Positions 1 through 12,644 of a DNA stretch of 64,000 nt are shown in pieces; the stretch's first letter is position 1; every line of letters begins with the position of its first letter. The position numbers were made by a program, and so were the translations under genes. The DNA comes from Scyliorhinus canicula. Its lineage: Eukaryota. The stretch lies in NCBI RefSeq assembly GCF_902713615.1, contig NC_052167.1, forward strand, positions 19,954,690 to 20,018,689, in the 5' to 3' direction. The notes below the pieces were generated by a model. The model worked only from the letters and a program-made list of their open reading frames with translations, was not told the DNA's origin and did no database searches.

Positions 1-365
1 AAGCCTTGACCCGTGGCCTCCACTTCCTCACCCAAGGTTCTCCACCGCAGACGCCAGCGGTTCAGTGTTGGCCTGGGTGCCACGCATCGTCAGCACCACC
101 TCTTGAACTTGAAGGCGGCTGGACCCCTCCAACTGCGCCCGCAGGCGCTGGAGGGTTGCTGGCGCCCGCTCCTGTCGACGCTGGCTTGACGTCTGCATCT
201 CCGCCAGTGAAGGGATCGTTCCTTCCAGAAGCTCCAAAACTGTCTGGGCTATAGCTAATTCCTGGGATGGGGGGTGGGGGGGGGGGGGGGGGGGGGGGGC
301 CTTCCGACTGCCTGTTCCCGTGGGCGTCCATACCCCCACCTGCTCTGAAATGGAGAATTTCGCCC
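1..365. mobile_element. Harbinger-type MITE truncated by window start
   Basis: Ends ggagaatttcgccc and contains a poly-G run. Confidence 0.6.
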
Positions 366-1262
366 ATTATAATATTCCATTAAAGAATGTCTGAATGTGC
401 CTCTCACTGGTTATGTTACATTAAACAATCAGACTGCTCCATTTAAGCTACTGAAGATAACACAAGTACATTTTAGAGACCGACAGAGGTGCAAATCTCT
501 GTAGCGTTTGCAATTAGCTTTCACACAGCTCCTCAAAGCCAACTGGTGATGAGATACCCCTCTAATCACCCCCCCCCCCCCCCACCCTGCCCCTCCGCTT
601 TGCCAAAGGGGGCTCCTTAATCAACAGCAGGTTAGTTCTCCCGGGTGGGGCAAGGCTGTTGACATTCAAAGCTTGTGCGATGTGTCTATAAAAGCTTCCT
701 CTGCTCTAACGTCTTAAAGCATTAGACAATTAAAAATAACACTGTGATAAATCGGGGAACTGTTCATGGAAAGTGGTAACAGACTCTGCGAAGTTCAGGA
801 CAATGGATCAGATGTGAGCAAGGAGGAGTCATTAATCATTATCTGTGAAAATAAGGTTGTTTCATTCATAATTCATTTTGTTCTGATTCAAACGGTATTA
901 CATTTATATTAAATTGAGTCCATGATTGATCTGTTTTGCATTGTGACTGAATTTGATAGTGACTGATTTGATTTTACAATTTGGTATTTCCCTATAGCAT
1001 AATGAATTGCTTTATAATTATTATTCCATATTGACTTTTCACCTGATGTTGTTCAAATGAATCCTGACTGGTTCATTGTGTAGGAGGGAAAGACTCTAGA
1101 TTCAGTTCCGAGCTCACAATGCGTTGTCTATATTTAGATTTATATGCCTGCTGCCATTTGCCTTCTTTATATGAACTTTCCTGATGGTACTGTGACCAAA
1201 TTATTTCCCATGCAGAGCATTACAGCTAAGCATGATCCTTTCATTATAAATCATATTGTCTA

Positions 1263-1625
1263 ACACATATGCACAAACACACACATCCACACATTTGCGC
1301 ACAAATACATGCACACACACGCTTGCGCACACATACACATGCATACATGCGCATGCACATGCTCGCGTGCACAAACACGTATGCGCGCACACACATGCGC
1401 ATTCACGCACATAGGCAAATACTCACACTGGTCTGCGAGCCCACACAAATAAGCACTCTCAGACATTTGCACACACATGCACATGCTCACGTGCATACAC
1501 AAATACACCTATGCGCACACATACGCACGCACACAATCACACACGCATGCGCACACATACGCACACATACATGTGCACCCCCCCACCACCACCACCACCA
1601 CCACCACCACACACGCACACACATA
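1263..1625 (+). repeat. Degenerate (CA)n / alternating purine-pyrimidine tract with (CCA)n
   Basis: acacacatgcgcgcac repeats over about 360 bp. Confidence 0.92.
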
Positions 1626-2380
1626 TTTTGAATGGGTTACATTTGGTCCTGGGCAGGCCAGGAGATGGTGGGCAGAAGGAGGTACGCCGGTGGATTTTTC
1701 TCCTTCCAGGTTCCAGAGGCACCGAACCTAAATTGTAGCCATTCCACGATAATACTGAAATCAACAGGCCAGGAAAAATGGGAGGTCAGAGCTGCCCGGC
1801 CCGTACTGCTCTGCAGCTACACAGCGAAAACCATTTCACTTTGGACCTTGTTTGATCTCTCACCCTATCTCTGAACCTTGCATTGAACCTCTGGTTGGGA
1901 AGGCGTTCCTGAAACCTGTTCCGCCAACACAGCTCTGTGCGCCGCGAATAGGAATTAGACCATATCAGCCTGAGGTCTTTTATTTATCTCATTTCCTCGC
2001 TGCCTGGGCCGCTCCTTGAGGCCCCTCTTCCTGAACACCTGACTCAGATATGCAACGTGCAGGTGGCGATGAGGTAGGGGCGTTTAGCGTCTCACGTCCC
2101 GCGGCTTTACGGTTCAAGGGGCTGGAAGACTTCAGCACTTCTGATGCGGAACTGATTTAATTGAAGGACGTTTCCTGTAGCAACCACTTTCAGAGTGGCA
2201 CAGCAGCGGGTGCTTGCGACCAGGAAGAGGAAGACAGCCGGCGGTGTTGGAGATCTGACAGCAGGTGGGTAAAAAGGTCAGTCGAACTGATTAAGGGGCA
2301 GTTTCTAAAAATGGGCGCCTGGCCTGGCTGGTTTCCATGGCAATGAGAATAACACCCATTTGCCCTTTTTCTCTTTCCAG

Positions 2381-2397
2381 GTGTTGCCCAGTCTCCG
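2381..2397 (+). CDS. ptpn20: Candidate 17-nt micro-exon (GVAQSP)
   Basis: Strong pyrimidine tract plus ccag at 2377-2380. Ends in phase 0, matching the next exon, but the donor CCG|gtgtat is weak. Confidence 0.3.
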
Positions 2398-2499
2398 GTG
2401 TATTTGCGGCTACCTGTGTTTTGTTTTCTCATCTGTGCATGTTGCCTGCTCACCTCACTCTGCCGTCGCAGCAAGAACAATATTCAGAACCTCCTTCAA

Positions 2500-2720
2500 C
2501 ATGGTGGTGTAGTGGTTAGCACTGCTGCCTCACGGCGCCGAGGACCCGGGTTCGATCCCGGCTCTGGGTCACTGTCCGTGTGGAGTTTGCACATTCTCCC
2601 CGTGCCTGCGTGGGTCTCACCCCCACAACCCAAAGATGTGCAGGTTGGGTGGATTGGCCATGCTAAATTGCCCCCTAATTGGGAAAAAAAATAATTGGAT
2701 ACTCTAAATTTATTTAGCGA
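2500..2720 (+). mobile_element. tRNA-derived V-SINE (HE1-like), short-tail type with TSD
   Basis: A/B boxes (agtggttagc, ggttcgatcc) and V domain; 14-bp TSD agaacctccttcaa at 2486-2499 and 2721-2734. Confidence 0.9.
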
Positions 2721-2937
2721 AGAACCTCCTTCAAGGATATCAGGCAGCATTCTACATAAAGTCAAGCTGATATTGAAGGACTTAAGGTTTGACTTTGCAC
2801 CAGTTGCATTTACGCTGACCTCAATATTAACCACAACAACTTGCATTTAAGTAGTACCTTAAAGTCATAATCTGCACCCCCCAATCCCCCCCAAAAATTT
2901 CAGAGAAGGGTAATCAAGGAAAATATTATACCCAGAC

Positions 2938-3265
2938 ATGCACCGTGGCCCAGTGGTTAGCACTGCTGCCGCACAGCGCCAGGGACCTGGGTTCAATTCC
3001 GGCCTTGGGTCACTGTCTGTGCGGAGTCTGCACATTCTCCCCGTGTCTGCGTGGGTTTCCTCCGGGTGCTCCGGTTTCCTCCCACAGTCCAAAGATGTGC
3101 AGATTAGGTGGATTGGCCACGCTAAATTGTCCCTTAGTATCAAATGGTTAGGTCGGGTTATGGGGATAGGGTGGGGTGAATGGGCCCAGGTAGGGCGTTC
3201 TTTCAGAGGGTCGGTGCAGACACAATGGGCTGAGTGGCCTCCTTCTGCACCGTGTGAATTCAATG
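2938..3265 (+). mobile_element. HE1-like V-SINE with CR1 tail
   Basis: tRNA head, V domain gtgggtttcctccgggtgctccgg, tail tggcctccttctgcac. Confidence 0.9.
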
Positions 3266-3639
3266 TAAGGAGATATTAGGGACAGGTGAAAAAGAAGCAG
3301 GTACGAAGGAGATCCTGAAAGGAAGCAACGTTTCAGGGGAGGAGCTTCCAGGATTCAGGGACCAGACTACTGAAGCCATGGTCGTCAGTGAGGGAGCGAT
3401 GAGGATTGGTAGACCGTACACCGCAGTATGGCTGGCGGAGCAGCACGGACCAGGAGTCTGAATTACAAGAAAGAAGGTTTGGAATTGTACATCATTTTCT
3501 GCAGCCTTCTGACATTCCAAAGCGCATTGCAGCCAATGAAGAACTTTGTTAAATTATCGCCACTGTACCAATGTAGAAAATTCCTCACCCATCCTTTGGC
3601 ATCAGTTCAGTGTGTGGAATAAACTTTACACAGGTTATA

Positions 3640-4088
3640 GAATAGGGCCAGGGAACGGCTACAGCGCAGAAGAAGGCTATTCGGCCCATCGCCTTCGTGC
3701 TGGCCTTCTGCAAGAGAAAACCCGTGTAGTCCCGCTCTCCCGTCTTTCAGCCTTTCTCTTCAGAAAATTGTCCAATTCTCTTTTGAAACCCCGATTAATC
3801 CTGCCTCCACCACACTCTCGGGCAGTGCACTTCCTGATTCTAATGCTTTGTCAAATCATCTGAGATCCATGTGCTGGCTCCCGATCCTTCCGCCAGTCGG
3901 ATCAGATCCTCCCTCACCGGTCTGCCTAGATGCTTCATGATTTTGAACGCCTCTATCAAATCTCTGTTTCGTCATCTCTTCTCCAAGGAGAATAGTCCGC
4001 AGCTTCTCCAATCTGTCCTTGTCTCTGAAGCACGTCATCCCTGGACTCTTTCCCATGAATCTTTGCTGCACCCTCTCTAATGCCTTCA
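3640..4088 (-). mobile_element. Degraded CR1 3' fragment
   Basis: ALERVQQRF translation and CR1-type tail. Confidence 0.75.
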
Positions 4089-4323
4089 CTACCCACCGAC
4101 AAATTCAAAGCTTCCAGCGGGATCAATCAGAAACGATCCATCAACTCCCCAGCAAGTTGCTTTCAAAGACGGGTAAGTTGATGGGAAACAAAACCTTCCC
4201 AATGAGCTTTAACTTAACTTTGCAGTGTGATTGCGAGAGAGGGAGAGAGTGTGGGAGAGGGACAGAGAGAGAAAACGCATGTCGCATTCATTGTTGTTAT
4301 CGCCTCCCATCTTTCCTCTTTAG

Positions 4324-4494
4324 CCCATAATACGGGAATATGAGATGTTTGTAACCCTGAAGAAGAACAAGAAGGGAAGCCTGGGGTTCACCATAGTGCG
4401 CAGTAAACTGGACAACTGCTATTACATCCGTGATGTGCTGGATAACCCGGCCAAGGCTGATGGGAGACTCAGAGCAGGAGACAGACTCATAACG
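4324..4494 (+). CDS. ptpn20: Exon: N-terminal half of PDZ4-equivalent (PIIREYEMFVTLKKNKKGSLGF...GDRLIT)
   Basis: Acceptor cctctttag|CCC, donor ACG|gtaaat, 171 nt, phase 0-0. SLGF carboxylate loop and DGRL..GD motif. Confidence 0.93.
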
Positions 4495-4540
4495 GTAAAT
4501 AAGGTATCAAAACAAAATTGGTTTATGTATCTGGTTATCT

Positions 4541-5153
4541 TGGGATTCTCCGGCACCCCCGCCGGGTCAGAGAATCGCCCAAGGCCGGCATCAATCCCAC
4601 CCCCGCCGTGTCACGAAATCTCCGCCACCCGAGATTCGGCGGGGGGCGGGAATCGCGCCGCGCTGGTCGGCGGGCCCCTTGCGGCGATTCTCCAGCCCGC
4701 GATGGGCCAAAGTCCCGTCACTGACAAGCCTCTCCCGCTGGCGTGGATTAAATCACCTACCTTACCGGCGGGATTGGCGGGGGGGGGCGCGGGGCGATCT
4801 GACCCCGGGGAGTGCCCCCACGGTGGCCTGGCTCGCGATCGGGGCCCACCGATTGGCGGGCGGGCCTGTGCCGCGAGGGCACTCTATTTCTTCCGCCTTC
4901 TCCATGGTCTTCCATGGCCGGCCGGCGAAGTCCTTTCGGCCCCGGCTGGCGTGGCGCCAAAAGGCCATTCACGCCAGCCGGCGGTGCGGGAACCACTCCG
5001 GCGCGGGGCCTAGCCCCTCAATGTGAGGGCTTGGCCCCTAAAGGTACGGAGGGTTCCACACCTTTGGGGCGGCCCGATGCCGGAGTGGTTCACGCCACTC
5101 CAACACGCCGGGACCCCCCGCCCCCCCCGCCGGGTAGGGGAGAATCCCGGCCC
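4541..5153. mobile_element. PIF/Harbinger-type MITE, inverted relative of 60003-60636
   Basis: gggattctcc ... ggagaatcccggccc; internal sequence is reverse-similar to 60003-60636. Confidence 0.78.
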
Positions 5154-6021
5154 TTATGCCTATCTTAGTCGGCTGGGTGGCTGGTTTGTGATGCAGAGCG
5201 TGGCCAGCAGGGCGGGTTCAATTCCTGCACCGGCTGACGTAATCCATGAAGGCCCCACCTTGCCCTTCGCTTGAACTGTGGTGACCCTCGAGTTAAATCG
5301 GCACCAGTCAACGGGAAAAGTAGCGTCTGGTCCCCAGGGACTGTGGCGATTTGCAACTCATTTTTAAAAATATCAGGATTGGGCCTTCAAAATGGGTTTG
5401 TCCACACTCACCTCAGTTCTACACTTTGTGGTGACTAATGTGATGGGTTGTGTCTCTGAGTCCATTGCTCCCAATGTGTACTACAGCAGGGACTCCTGTG
5501 ATAGCGTATTTATATGCACAAGCTGTATGGCCACCCTTTAACACTGGGAGTACTTTGAAGAGGAGGAAAGTATTCAGCAATGAGGTTGAGGGGTGGAATT
5601 GAATTAATTGAGTGGTGGCATGGCATTGGGGTATAGTTCAATGGCAAAATAGATGGGAATAGTTCAGTGAAGAAGGGAAATGATCAGAAATAAGATAGGG
5701 AACATGGATGGTAATAGAGGGAAGAGAACGTGGAGGATAATGGAGGGGAATGGAAAGGGAAGATGTTGGAAAAGGTGGAAGGCATGGATTGAAGAGATTT
5801 TCCCAGCATTGCTGGAGGGTGAGCGGTGTGAGAAAGCTCCAGTATTAACAGGGATGGACAGGGCAAAGTATGACAGCATTTTCTCTGGATGGAGGGAAGT
5901 ATACTTGGATGCCAGAAACTGAGGGACAGAAGAAGAGTTTACGTTTCATTGGGCTGGAGTGGAGGAAGAGTCCCAGTAGAAACTGGGAAGGTTGGAAAAG
6001 AAACGATTCTCCCTTTGAAAT

Positions 6022-7990
6022 GGTGAGGAGTTGGATGGAGTACATTATGTGTGTGAGGGTGGGGAGTTGGATGGGGTACAGTGTGTGTGTGTGTGTGAGG
6101 GTGGGGAGTCGGATGGGGTACAGTGTGTGTGAGGGTGGGGAGTTGGATGGGGTACAGTATGTGTGTGGGGGTGAGGCTTTGGATGGGGTACAGTGTGTGT
6201 GTGAGGGTGGGGAGTTGGATGGAGTGCAATGTGTGTGTGAGGGTGGGGAGTTGGATGGGGTACAGTGTGTGTGAGGGTGGGGATTTGGATGGGGTACAGT
6301 GTGTGTGTGAGGCTGGGGAGTGGGATGGGGTACAGTGTGTGTGTAAGGGTGGGGTGTTGGATGGGGAACAGTGTGTGTGTGAGGATGGGGTGTTGGATGG
6401 GGAACAGTGTGTGTGTGAGGGTGGGGTGTTGGATGGGGTACAGTGTGTGTCAGGGTAGGTGTTGGATGGGGTACAGTGTGTGTCAGGGTAGGTGTTGGAT
6501 GGGGTACAGTGTGTGTGAGGGTGGGGTGTTGGATGGGGTACAGTGTGTGTCAGGGTAGGTGTTGGATGGGGTACAGTGTGTGTGTGAGGGTGGGGGGTTT
6601 GATGGGGTACAGTGTGTGTGTGAGGGTGAGGGGTTGGATGGGGTACAGTGTGTGTGTGAGGGTGAGGAGTTGGATGGGGTACAGTGTGTGTGTGAGGGTG
6701 GGGGGTTGGATGGGGTACAGTGTGTGTGTGAGGGTGGAGAGATGGATGGGGTACAGTGTGTGTGTGAGGGTGGGGAGTTGGATGGGGTACTGTGTGTGTG
6801 TGAGGGTGGGGGGTTGGATGGGGTACAGTGTGTGTGTGAGGGTGGGAGTTGGATGGGGTACAGTGTGTATGAGGGTGGGGGGTTGGATGGGGTACAGTGT
6901 GTGTGTGAGGGTGGGAGTTGGATGGGGTACAGTGTGTATGAGGGTGGGGGGTTGGATGGGGTACAGTGTGTGTGTGAGGGTGGGAGTTGGATGGGGTGCA
7001 GTGTGTGTGAGGGTGGGGAGTTGGATGGGGTACAGTGTGTGTGTGAGGGTGGGAGTTGGATGGGGTGCAGTGTGTGTATGAGGGTGGGGAGCTGGATGGA
7101 GTACAATGTGTGTGAGGGTGGAGCATTGGATCGAGTGCAGTGTGTGTGAGGGTGGGGTGTTGGATGGGGTACAGTGTGTGTGTGTGTGTGTGGGTGGGTG
7201 GGGAGTTGGCTGGAGTGCAGTGTGTGTGAGGGTGGGGAGTTAGATGGAGTGGTGTGTGTGTGGGGGTGAGGCTTTGGATGGGGTACAGTAGATGTGAGGG
7301 TGGGAAGTTGGATGGGTTACAGTGTGTGTGTGAGAGTGGGGAGTTGGATGGATTGGTGTGTGTGTGAGGGTGGGGAGTTGGATGGAGTGGTGTGTGTGTG
7401 AGGGTGGGGAGTTGGATGGGGTACAGTGTGTGTGTGGGGGTGGGGATTTGGATGGGGTACAGTGTGTGTGAGGGTGGGGAGTTGGATGAGGTACAGTGTG
7501 TGTGTGTGAGGGTGGGGAGTTGGATGGAGTGGTGTGTGTGTGTGGGGGTGGAGCTTTGGATGGGGTACAGTGTGTGTGAGGGTGGGGAGTTGGATGGAGT
7601 GGTGTGTGTGTGTGGGTGGAGCTTTGGATGGGGTACAGTGTGTGTGAGGGTGGGGAGTTGGATGGGGTACAGTGTGTGAGGGTGGGGAGTTGGATGGGGT
7701 ACAGTGTGTGTGTGAGGGTAGGGAGTTGGATGGGGTACAGTGTGTGTGTGAGGGTGGGGGGTTGGATGGGGTACAGTGTGTGTGAGGGTGGGGAGTTGGA
7801 TGGGGTACAGTGTGTGTGTGAGGGTCGGGAGTTGGATGGATTACAGAGTGTGTGAGGGTGGGGAGTTGGATGGGGTACAGTGTGTGTGTGAGGGTGGGGA
7901 GTTGGATGGGGTACAGTATGTGTGTGAGGGTGGGGAGATGGATGGGGTACAGTGTGTGTGTGAGGGTGGGGAATTGGATGGAGTGCAGTA
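6022..7990 (+). repeat. G-rich minisatellite, ~33-38 bp unit, about 55 copies
   Basis: Unit gagggtggggagttggatggggtaca(gt)n. Confidence 0.97.
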
Positions 7991-8256
7991 TTCCTGATAT
8001 TTGAGTCTGAAGTTGGAAATATCTCTTTGTGAAACAGAACAGGATGTGTGGAGTGTGCAGAAGTGGATGAATGGCTGTTTGGAACTAGGTGATCCTGGTG
8101 AGATTGGACTGACTAACTTCATGATTGATTTATGGACGCAACTTTTGCTAAGTTGCAGGTGCCCTGTAAACTATTAGGGGTAGCATTAAATAGAATCCAC
8201 AATATACCCCATTATATTTCCAGACCCGCTAATAATATTATAAAGTGCAGGAAACC

Positions 8257-8569
8257 GTAGAATCCAGACAGTGCAGAATAAATCATTCAACCCATCGAGT
8301 CTGCATCGATCCTGGGAAAGAGCACCCTACCCAGATTCAGTCCCCGTAACCCAACCCATCTTTTGGACGTTAAGGGGCAATTTAGCATGGCCAATCCACG
8401 CTAATCTGCACATCTTTGGACTGTGGGAGGAAACCGGAGCACCCGGAGGAAACCCACGCAGACACGGGGAGAACGTGCAGGCTCCACACAGTGAGCCAAG
8501 GAGGGAATTGACCCCGGGTCCCTCGTGCTGTGAGGCAGCGGTGCTAACCACTGTGCCACCAGGCCGCCC
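8257..8569 (-). mobile_element. HE1-like V-SINE
   Basis: Reverse complement of the same consensus. Confidence 0.88.
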
Positions 8570-9464
8570 ATCCCCATTAAATGGATGTTTGTGTCCATAG
8601 CATGGGCTGTCATTGTGCAGGAAAGTGTTATGACAAAAAAATCCCTTCTCTTCATTACTCTGTAATCTGACTAATTTCTGAATTCCATTGCAGAACTAAA
8701 GATAATAAAATTTGGGTCAGTGATCCTTGGGAATTTGATTCAGCCGAGAGTCAGGTCATGTGTTGGATTCTCCAGTCCGGTGTGCTGGAAGCGGGATTCT
8801 CTGCTCCTGCCGTTTGTCAATGAGAATTCCCATTGAAGTCACCCCATCCCCCGGGAAACTCCTGGGCGGGGGTGCGTGGCCAGTGGGACCTGAGAAGCCC
8901 GCCCTCAGCGAACTGCTGGAGAATTCGGGCCTATAAAGTGTTTGTTTGCAATGGAATTCATTTTTCCAGCAGCTTTATCATTGGCCGTTTCACATTGACA
9001 GCGCCATTCCCCTTCCCTCTCATCTGCTGCATCCCACCCTCCCCCTGCTGCTCCCACATGTCCCTCCGTCCTCCCCTGGATTCACTTATCTATCCTGTAG
9101 TTCCGTTCCAAGATCGGAACAGGAATGGGCCTTCAACCTCCCTCTACTCCTCCTCCCACGCCCAGCTTATTGCTCCAGTTAGTCAGGTCACGACTGACAA
9201 ATAGTTGGACAGATTGGCTGAGGAACAGAAAGCAGTGTGGCGGGTCGTCATTCTGTCTGGGGAACAGGGGCTTGAGCACATTGTCCAGGCTGACGCTTTG
9301 GTGGGACGCTGAGAGAATGCTGCACTGCCGACGGTGCTGTCTTTCAGGTGACATGTCGAACTGAGGTAGGCCTGAGATTGGGCCTCCGAAATACCGGCCT
9401 CGGATGAAAGAGAAAAATGACATGAATGAATGGCGTGTAACCTAACTTGTCCGTTCTCGTGCAG

Positions 9465-9639
9465 GTAAACGACTTTGATGTCACAAACATATCACACGAG
9501 AACGCCATTAACTTGCTGCGATCTGCTCCTGTCAAACTGACCCTCATGGTAGGACGGGCTGCCCAGAACCTACTTCCAGCACTACCTCTGGAAAAAATGC
9601 CTGATATCATCCTACAGAAAGGCCCAAATGGACAGTTAG
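9465..9639 (+). CDS. ptpn20: Exon: C-terminal half of PDZ4 and start of PDZ5 (VNDFDVTNISHENAINLLRS...QKGPNGQL)
   Basis: Acceptor gtgcag|GTA, donor TTAG|gtatgt, 175 nt, phase 0-1. Continues the PDZ fold exactly. Confidence 0.93.
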
Positions 9640-10032
9640 GTATGTGGCAGAACGTGTTGTCAAGAGCATTTTGATTGGCATTTTGTTTTTTGAAGTGGGC
9701 CCACCCTGTACTTTTCCCCCTCCCACCTCCCCTGGGATTATTCTTTACAACTGAGATGATGCTATTTTTATCCAAAGCAAATATATGTTGACCCGCGGAG
9801 GTTGGGAAGATTTTGTACGGAGAGATAAACACTTTGGAAAATTCTATAAAATAACCCCACGATAGTAGCCCTTGCAAATTTCTGTTGGGAAATATGGGTC
9901 TGCAGTGAGAAGTTTATTTAAAAGGGTGCCAAGGTGCCTGGGTGCCAGGTTGCCTGTGTCAGGGATCAGGTCTCGGGGTGCCCTGCCCTTAAGGGGTGGG
10001 ATGAGAGCGAAGGGTTCGCAGACCCTCTAAAG

Positions 10033-10973
10033 CAGTGTTCTTCAAACTTTTTTTTCCGGGGACCCATTTTTACCAACCGGCCGACCTTCGCGACCCAACC
10101 CGGCCAACCTTCGTGACCCACGCCGGCCGACCTTCGTGACCCACGCCGGCCGACCTTCGTGACCCACGCCGGCCGACCTTCGGGACCCAACCCGGCCGAC
10201 CTTCGCGACCCAACCCGGCCGACCTTCGCGACCCACGCCGGCCGACCTTTGCGACCCACGCCGGCTGACCTGCGCGACCCACCATTTTCTCTTACCTTGT
10301 TTGCTGCTGATAAAAATGGAGGAAATGGTTTTGGGTCCCTTTGGCCCTCGTACACGCTCCTCCAATGGAACCTGTTGGATGACGGAGAAGCCTTCCGGTG
10401 TCGGAAAGTATGGAGTCTCCATCTGTCCAAAGTTCTGCATTTCTTCCGTAAAATTTTATTAAATAAACCCCCCCCCTGAAAAAAAATGAATAAAATAAAT
10501 GAATAAAAACCGGTTGCAGAGGAACAGTACACAGATGAGCATGGAAATACCATTGTGAAAAAGGTAATTCAAGAATGAGTATGACTAATCATGATTTCTA
10601 ATATAGATGGAGACAGGAACATTACACACGTAAACTACTTACTTCATTGCACCTTTTAAAATTACTCCAGGTAATCAAGGAACAATGAAGTGAAATGATA
10701 AATTGTGCATGCACAAGTGAGCGACCGTTTAAAAAAATAGTGGCCGCACTGCGCAAGCGCGCCGATGATCGTGTGCGCATGCGTAAATGCGGCTGAATAT
10801 TTTTTACCTGTTCGTGGCCATTTTAATGGCCGCTTACAGCTGGCGTTACTAAAAGCCGTCCGCTGCGCGGGGATTTGCGCGATCGGGAGCGCCGTGAAGG
10901 ATGGTTTCGCGACCCTCCCGACACCCGCCTGCGAACCACCCGCGGGTCGTGCCCCCGGGTTTGAAGAGCACTG
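10033..10973. mobile_element. Non-autonomous hAT (Charlie-like) DNA transposon
   Basis: TIRs CAGTGTTCTTCAAAC / GTTTGAAGAGCACTG; 8-bp TSD ctctaaag / ctctaatg. Confidence 0.9.
10077..10282 (+). repeat. 23-bp tandem repeat (about 9 copies) inside the hAT element
   Basis: Unit ccggccgaccttcgYgaccca(ac/cg). Confidence 0.92.
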
Positions 10974-12644
10974 CTCTAATGGGTAGGTTGGGGCTTTGAG
11001 GGCGTCCGGAGGGGGGGGGGGGTGGGGGGGGGGTGGGGTCGTGAAATCATGTTGGCATTTAAAAATGGTGCCCTGATCTCTTCCTGTACTGACGAGATCA
11101 GGGCACCATTTTTAAATGCCGACATGATTTCACGACCCCCACCCCCCCGCCTTCGGCCTGGGTGGTTCATTCCTCGTCGAGGCCAAGAAACAGATTCCCG
11201 TTAGATGGCGAACTTGTTCTCGGTGCTAGAGGCACTGAGAAACACCCCTCTATACAGACTCTGTTTTCTGGAGGTCAAATCACGCCCTAAAACCTTGGCT
11301 GAGAATAACGGCCTTCACACGGAAAACACCACAAGGCACCAGGCAACATGACCAAAGCGGCCTTTTTTTATCTCTTTTCAACATTTCCAAATGAACAAAG
11401 CTGTGCCTCAGTAAGTCGTCAGATTCATCGAATCTTAGAATAATAGAATTTACAGCGCAGAAGGAGGCCATTCGGCCCATCGGGTCCGCACCAACCTTTG
11501 GAAAGAGCACCCTACCCAAGCCCACACCTCCACTCCAACCCCATAACCCAGTAACCTCACCCATTCTTTATTGAGAAAAGTCCGTGATTGATATTGTATA
11601 TAGACATTATTTTCTTGATTATTCTTAAAGCTTTACACTTTCCTTTGGATCTGATAGAAGGGGAACAGTAACCGTTATTTTCGATGATTCCATTTAATGT
11701 TTCGGTTCCATAGTCAGATCTGGCGGGCGTGGTTATTTTGTTTGAGAATGCTAGAGTGGCAGGCCATGCCCGATGATGCAAGGATGGTGCTGGGGTTGAA
11801 AAGAGCGGGGAAGATAAGGCAAAGGGAGCAAGAGTATTTTAGTGATCCCAATTTTAGGCTCTGGGCTCTTTTCCTCCTGCTTTCTCACATTCAACACCTG
11901 TGTGACTGGAAGTGTGATCCTGCCAGTTTTGCAATACCTTGTAAAAACTGGGGAAAGGCCTGTCATCCTGCCAATTCTGCCCTCTGCACTGGCCAAGTCT
12001 GCCTTTGAGTTGGAAATTGTGAATTTCAGTGGAAATCATGGCGGTGCTGGCCATTTGCACTGAGGGCCACAAGGACATAGAATTCACACATGGGGGACTT
12101 CAATATCCGTCACCAATAATAGCTCGGTAACTCCACTACTGACTGAGCTGGTTGAGTCCTGATGGATCCATGATGAGGGGACCAGTGAGAGGGAAAACGT
12201 ACTTGACCTTGTCTTCACCAACGTAACTGTCATGGATGCATGAGTTGATGGGCACGTTTGGCATCTTCAAAGATGATTTGAGGACATCGCTAATGACTAT
12301 TTGCAAGCCAATCAGTGGAAGCAATAAAGCTATGCAATCCCACAACCAACAGATCAGATTAAAACTTTGCAGTTCTTCCGAGTCTTACCGTGAATGGTGC
12401 TGGGCAATTAAACAACTAACATTCAACCAGAAGTGCCGAGTGGATGACCCATCTCGACCTCCTCCTTCGGAGTTCCCCAGCATCACAGATGTCAGCCTTG
12501 AGCTGACAATTCAGTCCACGTGATGTGAAGAAACGGCTGAAGGCACTGGATGCTGCAAAGGCTATGGCCCCGGACAACGTTCCAGCAATAGTACTGAAGA
12601 CTGGTGCTCCAGAACATTCCGCACGCCTAGCCAAGCTGTCCCTG

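Larger units (their letters stand above)
9925..11287. mobile_element. Harbinger-type MITE remnant split by the hAT insertion
   Basis: Reverse-similar to 46155-46570; ends aaatcacgccc. Confidence 0.6.

Noticed and set aside
1710-1735. Possible exon after ttttctccttccag
   Set aside because: No convincing donor and no recognisable peptide.
2500-2575. tRNA genes at SINE 5' ends
   Set aside because: A/B boxes are present but run into SINE bodies; these are tRNA-derived heads, not tRNA genes.
4495-5013. Continuation of the 222-aa ORF past the PDZ half
   Set aside because: PDZ similarity stops at the donor at 4494; the rest is intron and MITE read-through.
5870-8122. Long ORFs (up to 395 aa) on both strands
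   Set aside because: They are translations of the minisatellite; low complexity and no domain.
10077-10282. CRISPR-like regular repeat
   Set aside because: Head-to-tail 23-mers with no unique spacers, in a eukaryotic transposon.
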